Below, piece after piece: positions 44,709-53,672 of a stretch of DNA of 58,563 bases (positions are counted from its first letter, which is position 1; each line of letters opens with the position of its first letter). The stretch lies in assembly GCA_963517385.1 (NCBI GenBank), contig CAUQEK010000001.1:1-58563 (forward strand), read 5' to 3'. This DNA comes from an uncultured Candidatus Saccharibacteria bacterium (GTDB taxonomy: Bacteria; Patescibacteriota; Saccharimonadia; Saccharimonadales; Saccharimonadaceae). The notes under the pieces are model-generated. The model made no database searches and was not told the origin of the DNA. It was given only the letters and a program-made list of their open reading frames with translations. The translations under genes and the position numbers were made by a program.

Positions 44709-46262
44709 TTATTCTTCTTCGTCGTCAGATTTTTTATTGGTGGTAACCTTGGCGCTATCGGCATCATAGGCTTCAAGTTTAACATCGAGTTGAACGTATT
44801 TTTTGTCACGATAGGCCTCAAGTTTAACTGTATCGCCGACGGCGTATTCGCCAATCAAGCTGCCAAGAGAGCCGGCAGTGCCGATTTTGGTGCCATTAAC
44901 GGCGGTAATAATGTCACCATCTTTAATGCCAGCCTTGTCGCCAGCGCTACCTTTGATGACGGCGGAGGCATTGTTTGAGCCTTTGACGTAGGCACCAGCT
45001 GTGACATCGAGTTTCTTCTCTTTTGCAATAAGCGGGGTGATGGTTTGGTAGCGGACACCTAATACGGCGCGTTCGAATTTACCATCTTTGAGGACGCCAG
45101 CCATAATTCCCTTGACGCTATTAATAGGAATAGCGAAGCCAACGTTATTTCCCTGGCTAGCATAGGCGGTGTTAATGCCAATTACTTCGCCGGCGGCATT
45201 GACGAGTGGTCCACCAGAGTTACCGCCATTAATTGCGGCATCAGTTTGGATCATATCGGAAAGGGTTTCATAGGTAGTACGTGAGGAATCGGAAGCGGTG
45301 AGGCTACGACCTTTACCAGAGATGATGCCGGAGGTAACGGAGTTTTGGTAGGTACCAAGCGCATTGCCGATGGCTACCACTTGCTGGCCGATGTTAGTGG
45401 TTTTACTGTCACCAATTTTGATTGGAGTAAGATCTTTGACGTCTTTGATTTTAATAATGGCAAAATCATTGATTGGGTCGGTGCCGATAAGTTCAACATC
45501 TTCATAAGTCGAGCCATCGTCGAGGATGACGCCAATTTTGGTAGCATTAGCAACGACGTGTTTATTGGTGGCAATATAGCCATCGCTGCTGAGAATGAAA
45601 CCAGTACCAGCAGCCTGGGAGACTTGACCAGTAAAGAAAGAACCGGTGGTGCTAGTATTGGTGATGATTGAAACAACACTTTTCGAGACGGAATTGGCAA
45701 TTTCAGAAATTGAACCTTCAGCAAAGGTAGCAGCATTATTGCTGGCCGAATTACTACTATGGAAAATTGAAGTAGTAGGGCGGTTGTAAGCATAATAAAG
45801 CGCGGCGCCGGATAAGGCGACGGCTACGAGACTGGCGAAGGTAGCAAAACGATTTTTGCCAGTTTTAACCTTAGGTTTTTTCTCGGTTTTTGAGGTGGAT
45901 TTTTCTTCAGATTCAGATTCGGTATCTTCAGCGGAATTGGCTTCAGTAGCTTTCTCGGATTCATCTTCAGATTCTTTTGCTTCAGATTCAGTGTCAGAAT
46001 CTGATTCGACCTCAGGCTCTTCGGCTTCAGCCGCAGATTCATCTTCGGTCTCAGAATCGGTTTCAGCTTCAGTTTCAACTTCGGTTTCGTTTTTGGATTG
46101 TTCTGAAGTTTTGGACTGTTCTGCGGTGTCGGTAGTCTCTGACTCTTCGACTGAATTCATGGATGAATCGGTAGGTTCGAGACCTTCTAATTTGGATATA
46201 TTTTGATGATCTTCTAAATCGATTGAGTCTTTTGGCTCAAAATTACTTTTATCTTCGTTCAT
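44709..46262 (-). CDS. htrA: HtrA/DegP-family serine protease with PDZ domain and a long acidic N-terminus
   Basis: GTGF, TNKHV, DFAII and DAAINGGNSGGPL triad motifs; TM segment; one PDZ domain. Confidence 0.95.
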   Translation of the reverse strand: MNEDKSNFEPKDSIDLEDHQNISKLEGLEPTDSSMNSVEESETTDTAEQSKTSEQSKNETEVETEAETDSETEDESAAEAEEPEVESDSDTESEAKESEDESEKATEANSAEDTESESEEKSTSKTEKKPKVKTGKNRFATFASLVAVALSGAALYYAYNRPTTSIFHSSNSASNNAATFAEGSISEIANSVSKSVVSIITNTSTTGSFFTGQVSQAAGTGFILSSDGYIATNKHVVANATKIGVILDDGSTYEDVELIGTDPINDFAIIKIKDVKDLTPIKIGDSKTTNIGQQVVAIGNALGTYQNSVTSGIISGKGRSLTASDSSRTTYETLSDMIQTDAAINGGNSGGPLVNAAGEVIGINTAYASQGNNVGFAIPINSVKGIMAGVLKDGKFERAVLGVRYQTITPLIAKEKKLDVTAGAYVKGSNNASAVIKGSAGDKAGIKDGDIITAVNGTKIGTAGSLGSLIGEYAVGDTVKLEAYRDKKYVQLDVKLEAYDADSAKVTTNKKSDDEEE

Positions 46263-46285
46263 TTTTTACCTCCTTAAACGTAAGA

Positions 46286-47068
46286 TTAGACATTAAATAG
46301 CGGTTTACTAAACCACAGCACGATTATCAGGATTACGGAAATAGCAAAAATAGTAGGTACGAGAATATCTTTCTTTTCAATTTTCTGGTCATTTAGACTG
46401 GCGTTTTGATAAAGTAGGCCGGCGAGGAACGCTAAGATTGTCAGAATAATGGAGATTTGTGGAATAATTATCCCGAAGGCCTTGAACGAATAGACGATGA
46501 GCCAAAATTCAGCTAGCCAGGAAATCTCGGCGAAAAGTAGACCAGAAATTAGGGTGATTAAGCCGTATCCGGTATCTTCGCTCTGTACCAAGACGTGACG
46601 TGCTACGGCAAAACCGAGGATAAAGTTTAATAGGATGGTGAGACCGGAGCTGCTACTAGCTACCATCAGGGTGATGGCGGTGCTGCCGAAAAATACTGCG
46701 AGAAGCGCCTGGAGTTTGGTGGCAAAATTAGAGGACATTGGCTTGAGAACGATGAGCCAGAGTGAATAGAGGGCCGTCAGTACGTAATGCAATGGGCTTA
46801 GAATATTTCCAGCACAGTAGGCGAGAAATACGAAGGAAAAACCCATGATGAGGTCGACTAGGTTGGATTTTATATTAATAAATAGATAGCGTGGACGCAC
46901 GGCGAACATACGCCATTTAGAGAGCAATACTAATACGCAGCCCGGGAGAAAACTTGCCGTGGTAAGGTTTAAGAAAATAGTGGCAATTGCAAGTACTAAA
47001 TTGAGTAGCACATGTAAGATTGTACTCAGAATGTTGCGGCCACGTCGGATGATTACATAATCTGCCAT
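46286..47068 (-). CDS. Hypothetical integral membrane protein
   Basis: Many TM helices; LSKWRMFAVRPR motif. Confidence 0.85.
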   Translation of the reverse strand: MADYVIIRRGRNILSTILHVLLNLVLAIATIFLNLTTASFLPGCVLVLLSKWRMFAVRPRYLFINIKSNLVDLIMGFSFVFLAYCAGNILSPLHYVLTALYSLWLIVLKPMSSNFATKLQALLAVFFGSTAITLMVASSSSGLTILLNFILGFAVARHVLVQSEDTGYGLITLISGLLFAEISWLAEFWLIVYSFKAFGIIIPQISIILTILAFLAGLLYQNASLNDQKIEKKDILVPTIFAISVILIIVLWFSKPLFNV

Positions 47069-47089
47069 ATAAAATATTATACCTTATTA

Positions 47090-47731
47090 TTAAAATAAAC
47101 GAATGTGATCGAAGGGATAAAGTCGCATGAGAACTGGTCCGATAATGCGACAATACGGAATAGTGCCAAGGCCATAACGAGAATCGTAGGAATGGGTGCC
47201 TTCACGATTATCTCCAACTACGAAAATTTCACCATCTGGTACTGTGATATCGACTTCGCCAGAAGTGTTGGCCTTTGGTCCATCGGTAGCGGATTTTCTA
47301 GTAGCAGTATCTGGATCGAAGCCATTAGGGTTCTGGTCGTTATAAACCGTGATTTTACCGTCTTTCACCACAACGCGTTCACCTGGAAAAGCAATAACAC
47401 GTTTGATGATATATTGGTCTTTAATGGTAGAGTCGACATTACAAGTGAGCTTACCACTGGACTCACCATTGAGAAAGACGATGATTTGTCCACGTTCTGG
47501 TATGTATTCCTTACCCGATAGATGGCTCATACTGACTGCTAGGCGATTGACGATTAAACGGTCATTTTCGCTTAGCGTGTAGTCCATGGAATGCCCTACG
47601 ACGTTATAGGAACGAAAAACGTAGGCGTTTAAAAACATCGTACCGATAATGACACAGGCGACAAAAACAATTAAATTAACAAAATCTTTAACGATTGGGT
47701 ATCTTTTGAAGAATGAAATTTTATTTTCCAC
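47090..47731 (-). CDS. lepB: Signal peptidase I
   Basis: GHSM (Ser), IIKRVIA.PGE (Lys) and GDNR...SYDSR; GTG start. Confidence 0.95.
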   Translation of the reverse strand: MENKISFFKRYPIVKDFVNLIVFVACVIIGTMFLNAYVFRSYNVVGHSMDYTLSENDRLIVNRLAVSMSHLSGKEYIPERGQIIVFLNGESSGKLTCNVDSTIKDQYIIKRVIAFPGERVVVKDGKITVYNDQNPNGFDPDTATRKSATDGPKANTSGEVDITVPDGEIFVVGDNREGTHSYDSRYGLGTIPYCRIIGPVLMRLYPFDHIRLF

Positions 47732-47758
47732 TAATCTATTTTATCACGATTATGGTTC

Positions 47759-48958
47759 TTATTTTTGATAATAATCATGTAAAAATTGTTTTTTAAATTC
47801 AGCAAAAGTCTGATTCAAAATGCTTTCACGAATTTGCTCGGTGAGGCGAATAATAAAGCGTAGGTTATGAGCGGTAGCAAGATTATAATATTGGCGTTTT
47901 AATTCTGGATCACCAGATTTCCAAAGCGCACGCAGTTGTCCCCTGGTCCAACTAGCTCTACAAGTAGTACAGTCGCAGTGGGCATCAAGTAATTCATTGC
48001 TATCCTTAAATTTACGCAGATTAATATCGCCGTATTTGGTATAAATTTTACCGTGGCGAGCTTCGCGGGTCGGTGCGACACAGTCGAAAGTGTCGGCGCC
48101 CATTTCGGTACCAATTAAAATATCGTCCGGATGAGAAAGTCCCAGTAGGTGACGAGGTTTGTTTTCAGGTAATTCCTCATTACACCAACGTAAAATTTCA
48201 CCGAGGTCTTCCTTAAGAAAGGCGCCACCAAGACCATAGCCATCAAATGGCATTTTGCCAAATTTTTTGGCCGTACTGCGCCTTAAATCTTCCCAGCGAC
48301 CACCCTGTAGAACTCCATAAAGGCTTTGACGGTAGCCGAGTGAGTCACGTAATTTAAAATGCTCGTCGAGACTACGTTTAGCCCAACGTTCGGTACGGGC
48401 GAGAGCCTCAACATTATATTCGTAGCTGTCGGCTAAGGAAGTAAGTTCATCAAAAGCCATGTGAATATCGGCGCCGATACGGCATTGAATCTGCATAGAT
48501 TCTTCTGGGCCAATAAAATCTGGTTGACCATCGAAAGGGTCGCGGAAATTAACCCCATCTTCGGTAACGTGGGCGAGGCGTTCTTGGTGGGCGGTATTAA
48601 CTACATCACGCTCGCGCTCCATAGAGACGACTTTGCCAAGGCCAGAACCGAGTGACATGACTTGGAAGCCACCAGAATCGGTGAGGGTCGGCCCATGCCA
48701 ATTTGACCAGTTGGCTAAACCGCCAGCTTCGGCAATTTCGTGAGATTTACGACGAAGATGATAACCATTACTAAGCATGGCTTGAGCTTTGGTTTGATGG
48801 AGTTCTTCTGGCGAAAGAAAACGAATGGCTCCGGTGGTACCAACCGCCATAAAAGCTGGAGTTTTGATGTCGCCATGTGGGGTATGAATTGTACCGGCGC
48901 GACCAAGTGCGCCAGGGATACGTTCATTAATTTCGAAAGAGAAGCCGGGGGTTGCCAT
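47759..48958 (-). CDS. tgt: tRNA-guanine transglycosylase
   Basis: TPAFMAVGT, NGYHL, TDSGGFQ, RHLLG, DTFDCVAPTR.ARHG and Zn site CDCTTC...HNL. Confidence 0.97.
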   Translation of the reverse strand: MATPGFSFEINERIPGALGRAGTIHTPHGDIKTPAFMAVGTTGAIRFLSPEELHQTKAQAMLSNGYHLRRKSHEIAEAGGLANWSNWHGPTLTDSGGFQVMSLGSGLGKVVSMERERDVVNTAHQERLAHVTEDGVNFRDPFDGQPDFIGPEESMQIQCRIGADIHMAFDELTSLADSYEYNVEALARTERWAKRSLDEHFKLRDSLGYRQSLYGVLQGGRWEDLRRSTAKKFGKMPFDGYGLGGAFLKEDLGEILRWCNEELPENKPRHLLGLSHPDDILIGTEMGADTFDCVAPTREARHGKIYTKYGDINLRKFKDSNELLDAHCDCTTCRASWTRGQLRALWKSGDPELKRQYYNLATAHNLRFIIRLTEQIRESILNQTFAEFKKQFLHDYYQK

Positions 48959-48964
48959 AATTCC

Positions 48965-49648
48965 CTAATTCTTAGCGGTCTCTTCAGCGCTTTTTTCAAT
49001 TTCGACCTTGTGGGCTGGAATATATTTGCGTAGTTGCTTTACGATAACGATTTCAACTGGCGACAAGACGATTTCGATGCTAATCCCGATGATATAAGCA
49101 AAAATGGCTTGATTTAAGAAGTCGGAAAAAGCGAGGACGTCTAAAAATGCAACAGTTTCAAAAACAAGTGTATCGAAAAAGTGAGCCACGAAAGAAGAGG
49201 TGAGAGCGCGAACGATGAAAAGTTTTTGGCCAGTCTTTTGCTTAATCTTTTCGAAGATGTAGTTGTTAGAAAATTGTGAAAATAGGTAGGCAGTGAGTGA
49301 GCCAATAATGATACGTGGCGCAAAACCTAAGACATTAGCGATTGATGCTTGCATACCTTCGGTACCAGCGAATGGTGGAAGGGCGATAACGATCCAAAAA
49401 GTGAGCGCAGCAATGATGTTAACTAAGAGGCTGCCAAGAATGATGTGCTTGGCGGTTTTTTGGCCGTAAAATTCAATGATAATATCACCGAGAATGTAGG
49501 AAATTGGAAAACTAATTACGCCCCCGTCGACTGGAATGCCGAAGAGGTCCCAAAGCTTAGTCGCAGCCAAGTTTGAGATCAAAAGGATTCCAGCCGAAAT
49601 TGCGGTGAAATAAATTAAGAGATTGCGTTTTCTAACTTGCTTGTCCAT
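48965..49648 (-). CDS. yhhQ: Queuosine precursor transporter (YhhQ/Vut_1 family)
   Basis: SNLAATK, FP..YILGDII.E.YG, PRIIIGSL.AY..SQ and R...S......D..F motifs; adjacent to tgt. Confidence 0.92.
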   Translation of the reverse strand: MDKQVRKRNLLIYFTAISAGILLISNLAATKLWDLFGIPVDGGVISFPISYILGDIIIEFYGQKTAKHIILGSLLVNIIAALTFWIVIALPPFAGTEGMQASIANVLGFAPRIIIGSLTAYLFSQFSNNYIFEKIKQKTGQKLFIVRALTSSFVAHFFDTLVFETVAFLDVLAFSDFLNQAIFAYIIGISIEIVLSPVEIVIVKQLRKYIPAHKVEIEKSAEETAKN

Positions 49649-49649
49649 C

Positions 49650-50021
49650 TTAGAAATTAAGCTCTACGGTTTCGCCGTCTTTAGTTTTGATAGAGCCACG
49701 AACGTTGGTGAGCTCAATAGCAGCAGAAGCTTCGTCGTAGGTCTTGCCGGTAGATTCGTAGGCTTTTTGGTTTAATTCCTTGTCGGCAACAGTTTTAGCT
49801 TCGGCGGTAAAACGCATGAGGCCTAATTCGTTGCTAAAGACGTAAATTTCGACCTTAGGATTTTTTTCGATTTGAGCGTAAACCTGTTTGTTAGATTTGG
49901 TGCCAATGTAGAGATGGCCGTCGAGAATGCCAGCAGCATCAAAAATGCGAAGATGTGGCTGATCGCCATCGGTAGTTGCAATATAAAACATTCCTTCAAG
50001 AAATGGTAAAACTTGTTCCAT
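49650..50021 (-). CDS. Pyridoxamine 5'-phosphate oxidase family (FMN-binding split barrel) protein
   Basis: FYIATTDGDQPHLR, T..NKQVYAQIEKNPKVEI; start at MEQVL with AAGGA SD. Confidence 0.88.
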   Translation of the reverse strand: MEQVLPFLEGMFYIATTDGDQPHLRIFDAAGILDGHLYIGTKSNKQVYAQIEKNPKVEIYVFSNELGLMRFTAEAKTVADKELNQKAYESTGKTYDEASAAIELTNVRGSIKTKDGETVELNF

Positions 50022-50133
50022 AGTAAATTTTTTCCTTTTTAAGTGCTTATTAATTATGTGAAATTTTGGATGACTAGTCAAGCAGGTCAGAAAGATTTGA
50101 TCTTTCGATCTTGAACTAGATTTTAAATTTTAA

Positions 50134-51225
50134 TTATTTTTCGTCATCGAGCGTAGCGCGGATATTGGAAGCTTCTTCGAAAAGAATTTTAATGCAGCCA
50201 GCGATTGGGATAGCCACAATACAGCCAATCAAACCAAAAGCATACATACCAATAGTAATCGAAATTAAGATGGCGAGCGGAGGAAGATTGAGTCCTTTGC
50301 CCTGGATACGTGGACCGATGATGTTATTTTCAATCTGCTGATAGATGAGATAGAAAATGAAGAAAGCAATGGCGGCACCTGGAGCGTTGATGAAAAGTAG
50401 AGTGGTATTCAGGATACAGCCGATGACCGGGCCAAACATTGGAATGAGGAAGAAGAGGAAGGAAATGAGGCCGAGAGGTACCGCGAGTGTAACTGGAAGA
50501 TTGAAGATGAGAGTGATGACAAAAACGCCGAGCATAGTCATGAGGCCGTCGAGGAGAGCGATGAAGACCTGAGAGGAAACGTAGGCTGCTACCACATTAC
50601 CCATACGAGTGATGACGCGCTGCCAGACGTGGGCGGATTTTTTGTCTTTGACTGCCATGACGCGCCAAAAATCTTGCATCATAGTCGGGCCTTCAAGCAT
50701 GAAGAGGATGGTGAGAACAATGGTAAGAATCACACTAGTGATGATATTGCTAATGGCGCCGATACTGCCGACGGCAATATTGCTAATATTCCCGAGCATG
50801 GTACTACTGAAACTTTTAATACCGGAAGTTAAACTATCTTGGAGATTGGGGATTCCAAAATAATTACCAATACCATTAATATCTAAATGGTCGATAACTT
50901 CCGAAATCTTAGCAGGTGCGGTAGCAAGAAAATTAGAAACCTGCTCGACAATAACCGGACCAATCACGCCCACGATAATGGCAAAAGCCAGAGCGATGGA
51001 AAAAACGGCTAGCACAGAAGAAAGTCCGGGACGACTTTTACGTTTATCAATCTTGTCGATTTGCTTGGCGAGCGGATGAAGAGAAATCGCCAGAAAAGCG
51101 GAAATTCCGACAATAATTAGACCACTGGCGGCCTTAATGATGAAAATTCCGGCAGCGGCAAAGGCGATCAAGACTAGCCAAAAGCGGACAAATGTTTTTG
51201 TATCGATATCAATTGTGCGTGACAT
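50134..51225 (-). CDS. AI-2E (PerM) family transporter
   Basis: LIPMFGP, QQIENNIIGPRIQG and G..G..VAIP motifs; AAGGAG SD before ATG 51225. Confidence 0.92.
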   Translation of the reverse strand: MSRTIDIDTKTFVRFWLVLIAFAAAGIFIIKAASGLIIVGISAFLAISLHPLAKQIDKIDKRKSRPGLSSVLAVFSIALAFAIIVGVIGPVIVEQVSNFLATAPAKISEVIDHLDINGIGNYFGIPNLQDSLTSGIKSFSSTMLGNISNIAVGSIGAISNIITSVILTIVLTILFMLEGPTMMQDFWRVMAVKDKKSAHVWQRVITRMGNVVAAYVSSQVFIALLDGLMTMLGVFVITLIFNLPVTLAVPLGLISFLFFLIPMFGPVIGCILNTTLLFINAPGAAIAFFIFYLIYQQIENNIIGPRIQGKGLNLPPLAILISITIGMYAFGLIGCIVAIPIAGCIKILFEEASNIRATLDDEK

Positions 51226-51241
51226 ATACTCCTTTATTTGA

Positions 51242-52657
51242 TTATAGCATTGGTGCTTCAAGATATTGCCAGAAACTGGCTTGATTGGTGTCTAAAATAC
51301 TAAAATTATGGGCCTTTAAGTTTTCACGAATCTGGTCAGCCTTAGCGTAATCTTTATTCTGCTTAGCTTCGGCGCGCTCTTTAATAAGAGTTAGAACTTC
51401 GTTTGATGGCAGAATGAGACTATCGAAGAAACGAAGCCCGAATAATTCATCGACAAAACGCCAATCATCTAAACTTAATTCATTTTGATCAATTTCAGCA
51501 AAAACTTCAGCGGAGTTAAGGTTCTGATTAATGATATCAACTAGTTTTTCTTGTAATTCTGTTGTTTGATAGTTGGTTTTTTGAATTTTGGTAAGCTGTG
51601 CAGCTTGATTTTCGGTGGGAGTAGTTTCTTGTATGGTTTTCGCAAGACGATTTAGCCAGTGCAAACGACGATTTTTGGCAGCAGTTAGACCATCGAAGGT
51701 GAAATTTCGTTCGGATTGATAATGCCCTTGCAGGATCCAGAGCTTAAAGTCGAGTGGTGAAAAGCCGCGGTCTTTTAGATCTTGAATTGAATAGGTGTTG
51801 CCGAGTGATTTGCTGATTTTTTGATTATCAATGGTGATGAAATTGGCGTGGAGCCAATAGTTAGCCATGGTTTTACCGAAAGCGGCTTCGGACTGAGCGA
51901 TTTCATTGGTGTGATGAATCGGAATGTGGTCGATGCCGCCAGCATGAATGTCGAGAGGTTCACCTAATTCGAAATGTGAGATGGTGGAACATTCGAGATG
52001 CCAGCCTGGATAGCCTTTTTTGCCTTGAAAATCCCATTGCATGGCATGATCTTCGCCAGGTTTAATAAATTTCCAGATAGCAAAATCAGAAACATTGCGC
52101 TTTTCGGAGTTAAAATCGACGCGGGCGCCGGCGCGAAGGTTGTCGAGGTCGAGTCTGGCAAAATCGGCGTAGGTAGCGAATTTACTGGTATCAAAATAAA
52201 TGCCATCGGAGGTTTCATAGGTGTATCCACGCGAAATTAAAGTATTGATCACCTCAATGTCTTCCTGAATGTAATCGGTGGCACGGCAGAATTTGGTAGG
52301 TGGTAGTAAATTCAGGGCATTAAAATCTTTAATGAAGGCGGCTTCGTAAAATTTGGCAATTTCCCAAACGGTTTTATTTTCACGCTTGGCGCCTTTTTCA
52401 AGCTTATCTTCCCCGTCGTCGGCATCAGATGCGAGGTGCCCAACATCGGTGATATTAATAATACGGTGAGGGGTTAAATGATTAATTCTAAGGGTGCGAA
52501 CCAGAAGATCCCAGTAGATATAGCTAGCGAAATTTCCAATGTGAGCAAAATTATAAACAGTAGGGCCACAGGTATAGATTTTGACATTTTTGGGATTTTG
52601 AGGGATAAATTCTTCGATTTGGCGAGTTTTGGTGTTAAATAGGTGAAGTTTAGTCAT
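51242..52657 (-). CDS. cysS: Cysteine--tRNA ligase
   Basis: YTCGPTVY..AHIGN, NITDVGH, GYPGWHLECS, HHTNEIAQ and KISKSLGN. Confidence 0.98.
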   Translation of the reverse strand: MTKLHLFNTKTRQIEEFIPQNPKNVKIYTCGPTVYNFAHIGNFASYIYWDLLVRTLRINHLTPHRIINITDVGHLASDADDGEDKLEKGAKRENKTVWEIAKFYEAAFIKDFNALNLLPPTKFCRATDYIQEDIEVINTLISRGYTYETSDGIYFDTSKFATYADFARLDLDNLRAGARVDFNSEKRNVSDFAIWKFIKPGEDHAMQWDFQGKKGYPGWHLECSTISHFELGEPLDIHAGGIDHIPIHHTNEIAQSEAAFGKTMANYWLHANFITIDNQKISKSLGNTYSIQDLKDRGFSPLDFKLWILQGHYQSERNFTFDGLTAAKNRRLHWLNRLAKTIQETTPTENQAAQLTKIQKTNYQTTELQEKLVDIINQNLNSAEVFAEIDQNELSLDDWRFVDELFGLRFFDSLILPSNEVLTLIKERAEAKQNKDYAKADQIRENLKAHNFSILDTNQASFWQYLEAPML

Positions 52658-52685
52658 AATGTTTCTCGGTTTTAGTGCTTCTTGG

Positions 52686-53672
52686 TTAGTTAGTTTCTTC
52701 GGATTTAAAAAGTAAATCATTACAACAGAAAACTAAGTCACGTAATACGTCATCGTAGGTGGTATCGTAAGTGCGGAAGCCAGCGGCAAAAGGATGACCG
52801 CCGCCACCAAAATAACCAGCCACCTTGTTGGCGATCGGTTTAGAGGTACGAATCTTGCCGGTGACTTTGCCATCTGGGTAGGTTTTAATGGCGACAGCCA
52901 CTTCTACGCCTTCAACCATCTTCATTTCTTCGAGGATGAGCGCGTTTGGATTATACTCATCAGAAAATTCTGTAATATCAGACCAAGGAATATGGATGGT
53001 GGAAAGCTTATCATCGAGGCTATATTCGATGCGCTTAATGAGGTCGGCCTTATAATCGAGAATACGTCGCGACTTTTTCATGTATTCTTTGCGATTTTCT
53101 TCGAGCTTATTAATGTCGGCGCCAAGTTCGGTAAGGTGGGCAGCGACGCGGAAAGTATCAGCGGTGACGCCAGCGGTGGTAAGGCCTAAGGTATCAGAAA
53201 GCAGGCCTTGAAAAATATTTTCGGCGGCTGGTTGATTGATTTTGATATTCTGATCAATGGCAATTTTGTAAATCAGATTAGTGCAAGATGGCAAATGTTC
53301 GATAATGCTTTGGTGTGGAAAATCTAGATCGTCGGTAGTTTCGTGATGGTCGATGACGAAAATTGGTTTAGTGTAGAGAATATTTCTAATTACTAAATCA
53401 TCAAGTAGCTTACTAAGCAGAATGGTAGCGGCCGTGTCGACGATAATATATCCATCTGCGTGGTAATCAAAATTTTGGTCAATACGTTCCCAGCCAGAAA
53501 AATAGCGAAGATATTTTGGTACATTGACTGGACAATAAAGTGAGACCTCTTTGTCTTCAAGTAAAGCTTCGAGTGCTAAACTGGAACCTAGCGAATCACC
53601 GTCCGGATTTTCGGCTTGAATAACGCAGATTTTACTTTTGTTTTGGAGAAATTCTGAAAAATTTTGATACAT
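52686..53672 (-). CDS. DHH family phosphoesterase (NrnA-like oligoribonuclease/pAp phosphatase)
   Basis: NPDGDSLGS, IVD, IDHH, SDT and the DHHA1 motif GGGGHPFAAG. Confidence 0.92.
   Translation of the reverse strand: MYQNFSEFLQNKSKICVIQAENPDGDSLGSSLALEALLEDKEVSLYCPVNVPKYLRYFSGWERIDQNFDYHADGYIIVDTAATILLSKLLDDLVIRNILYTKPIFVIDHHETTDDLDFPHQSIIEHLPSCTNLIYKIAIDQNIKINQPAAENIFQGLLSDTLGLTTAGVTADTFRVAAHLTELGADINKLEENRKEYMKKSRRILDYKADLIKRIEYSLDDKLSTIHIPWSDITEFSDEYNPNALILEEMKMVEGVEVAVAIKTYPDGKVTGKIRTSKPIANKVAGYFGGGGHPFAAGFRTYDTTYDDVLRDLVFCCNDLLFKSEETN

Noticed and set aside
44433..44978. ORFs 44433-44678 (-) and 44634-44978 (+)
   Set aside because: They arise from the terminator-arm repeat array and from htrA antisense sequence
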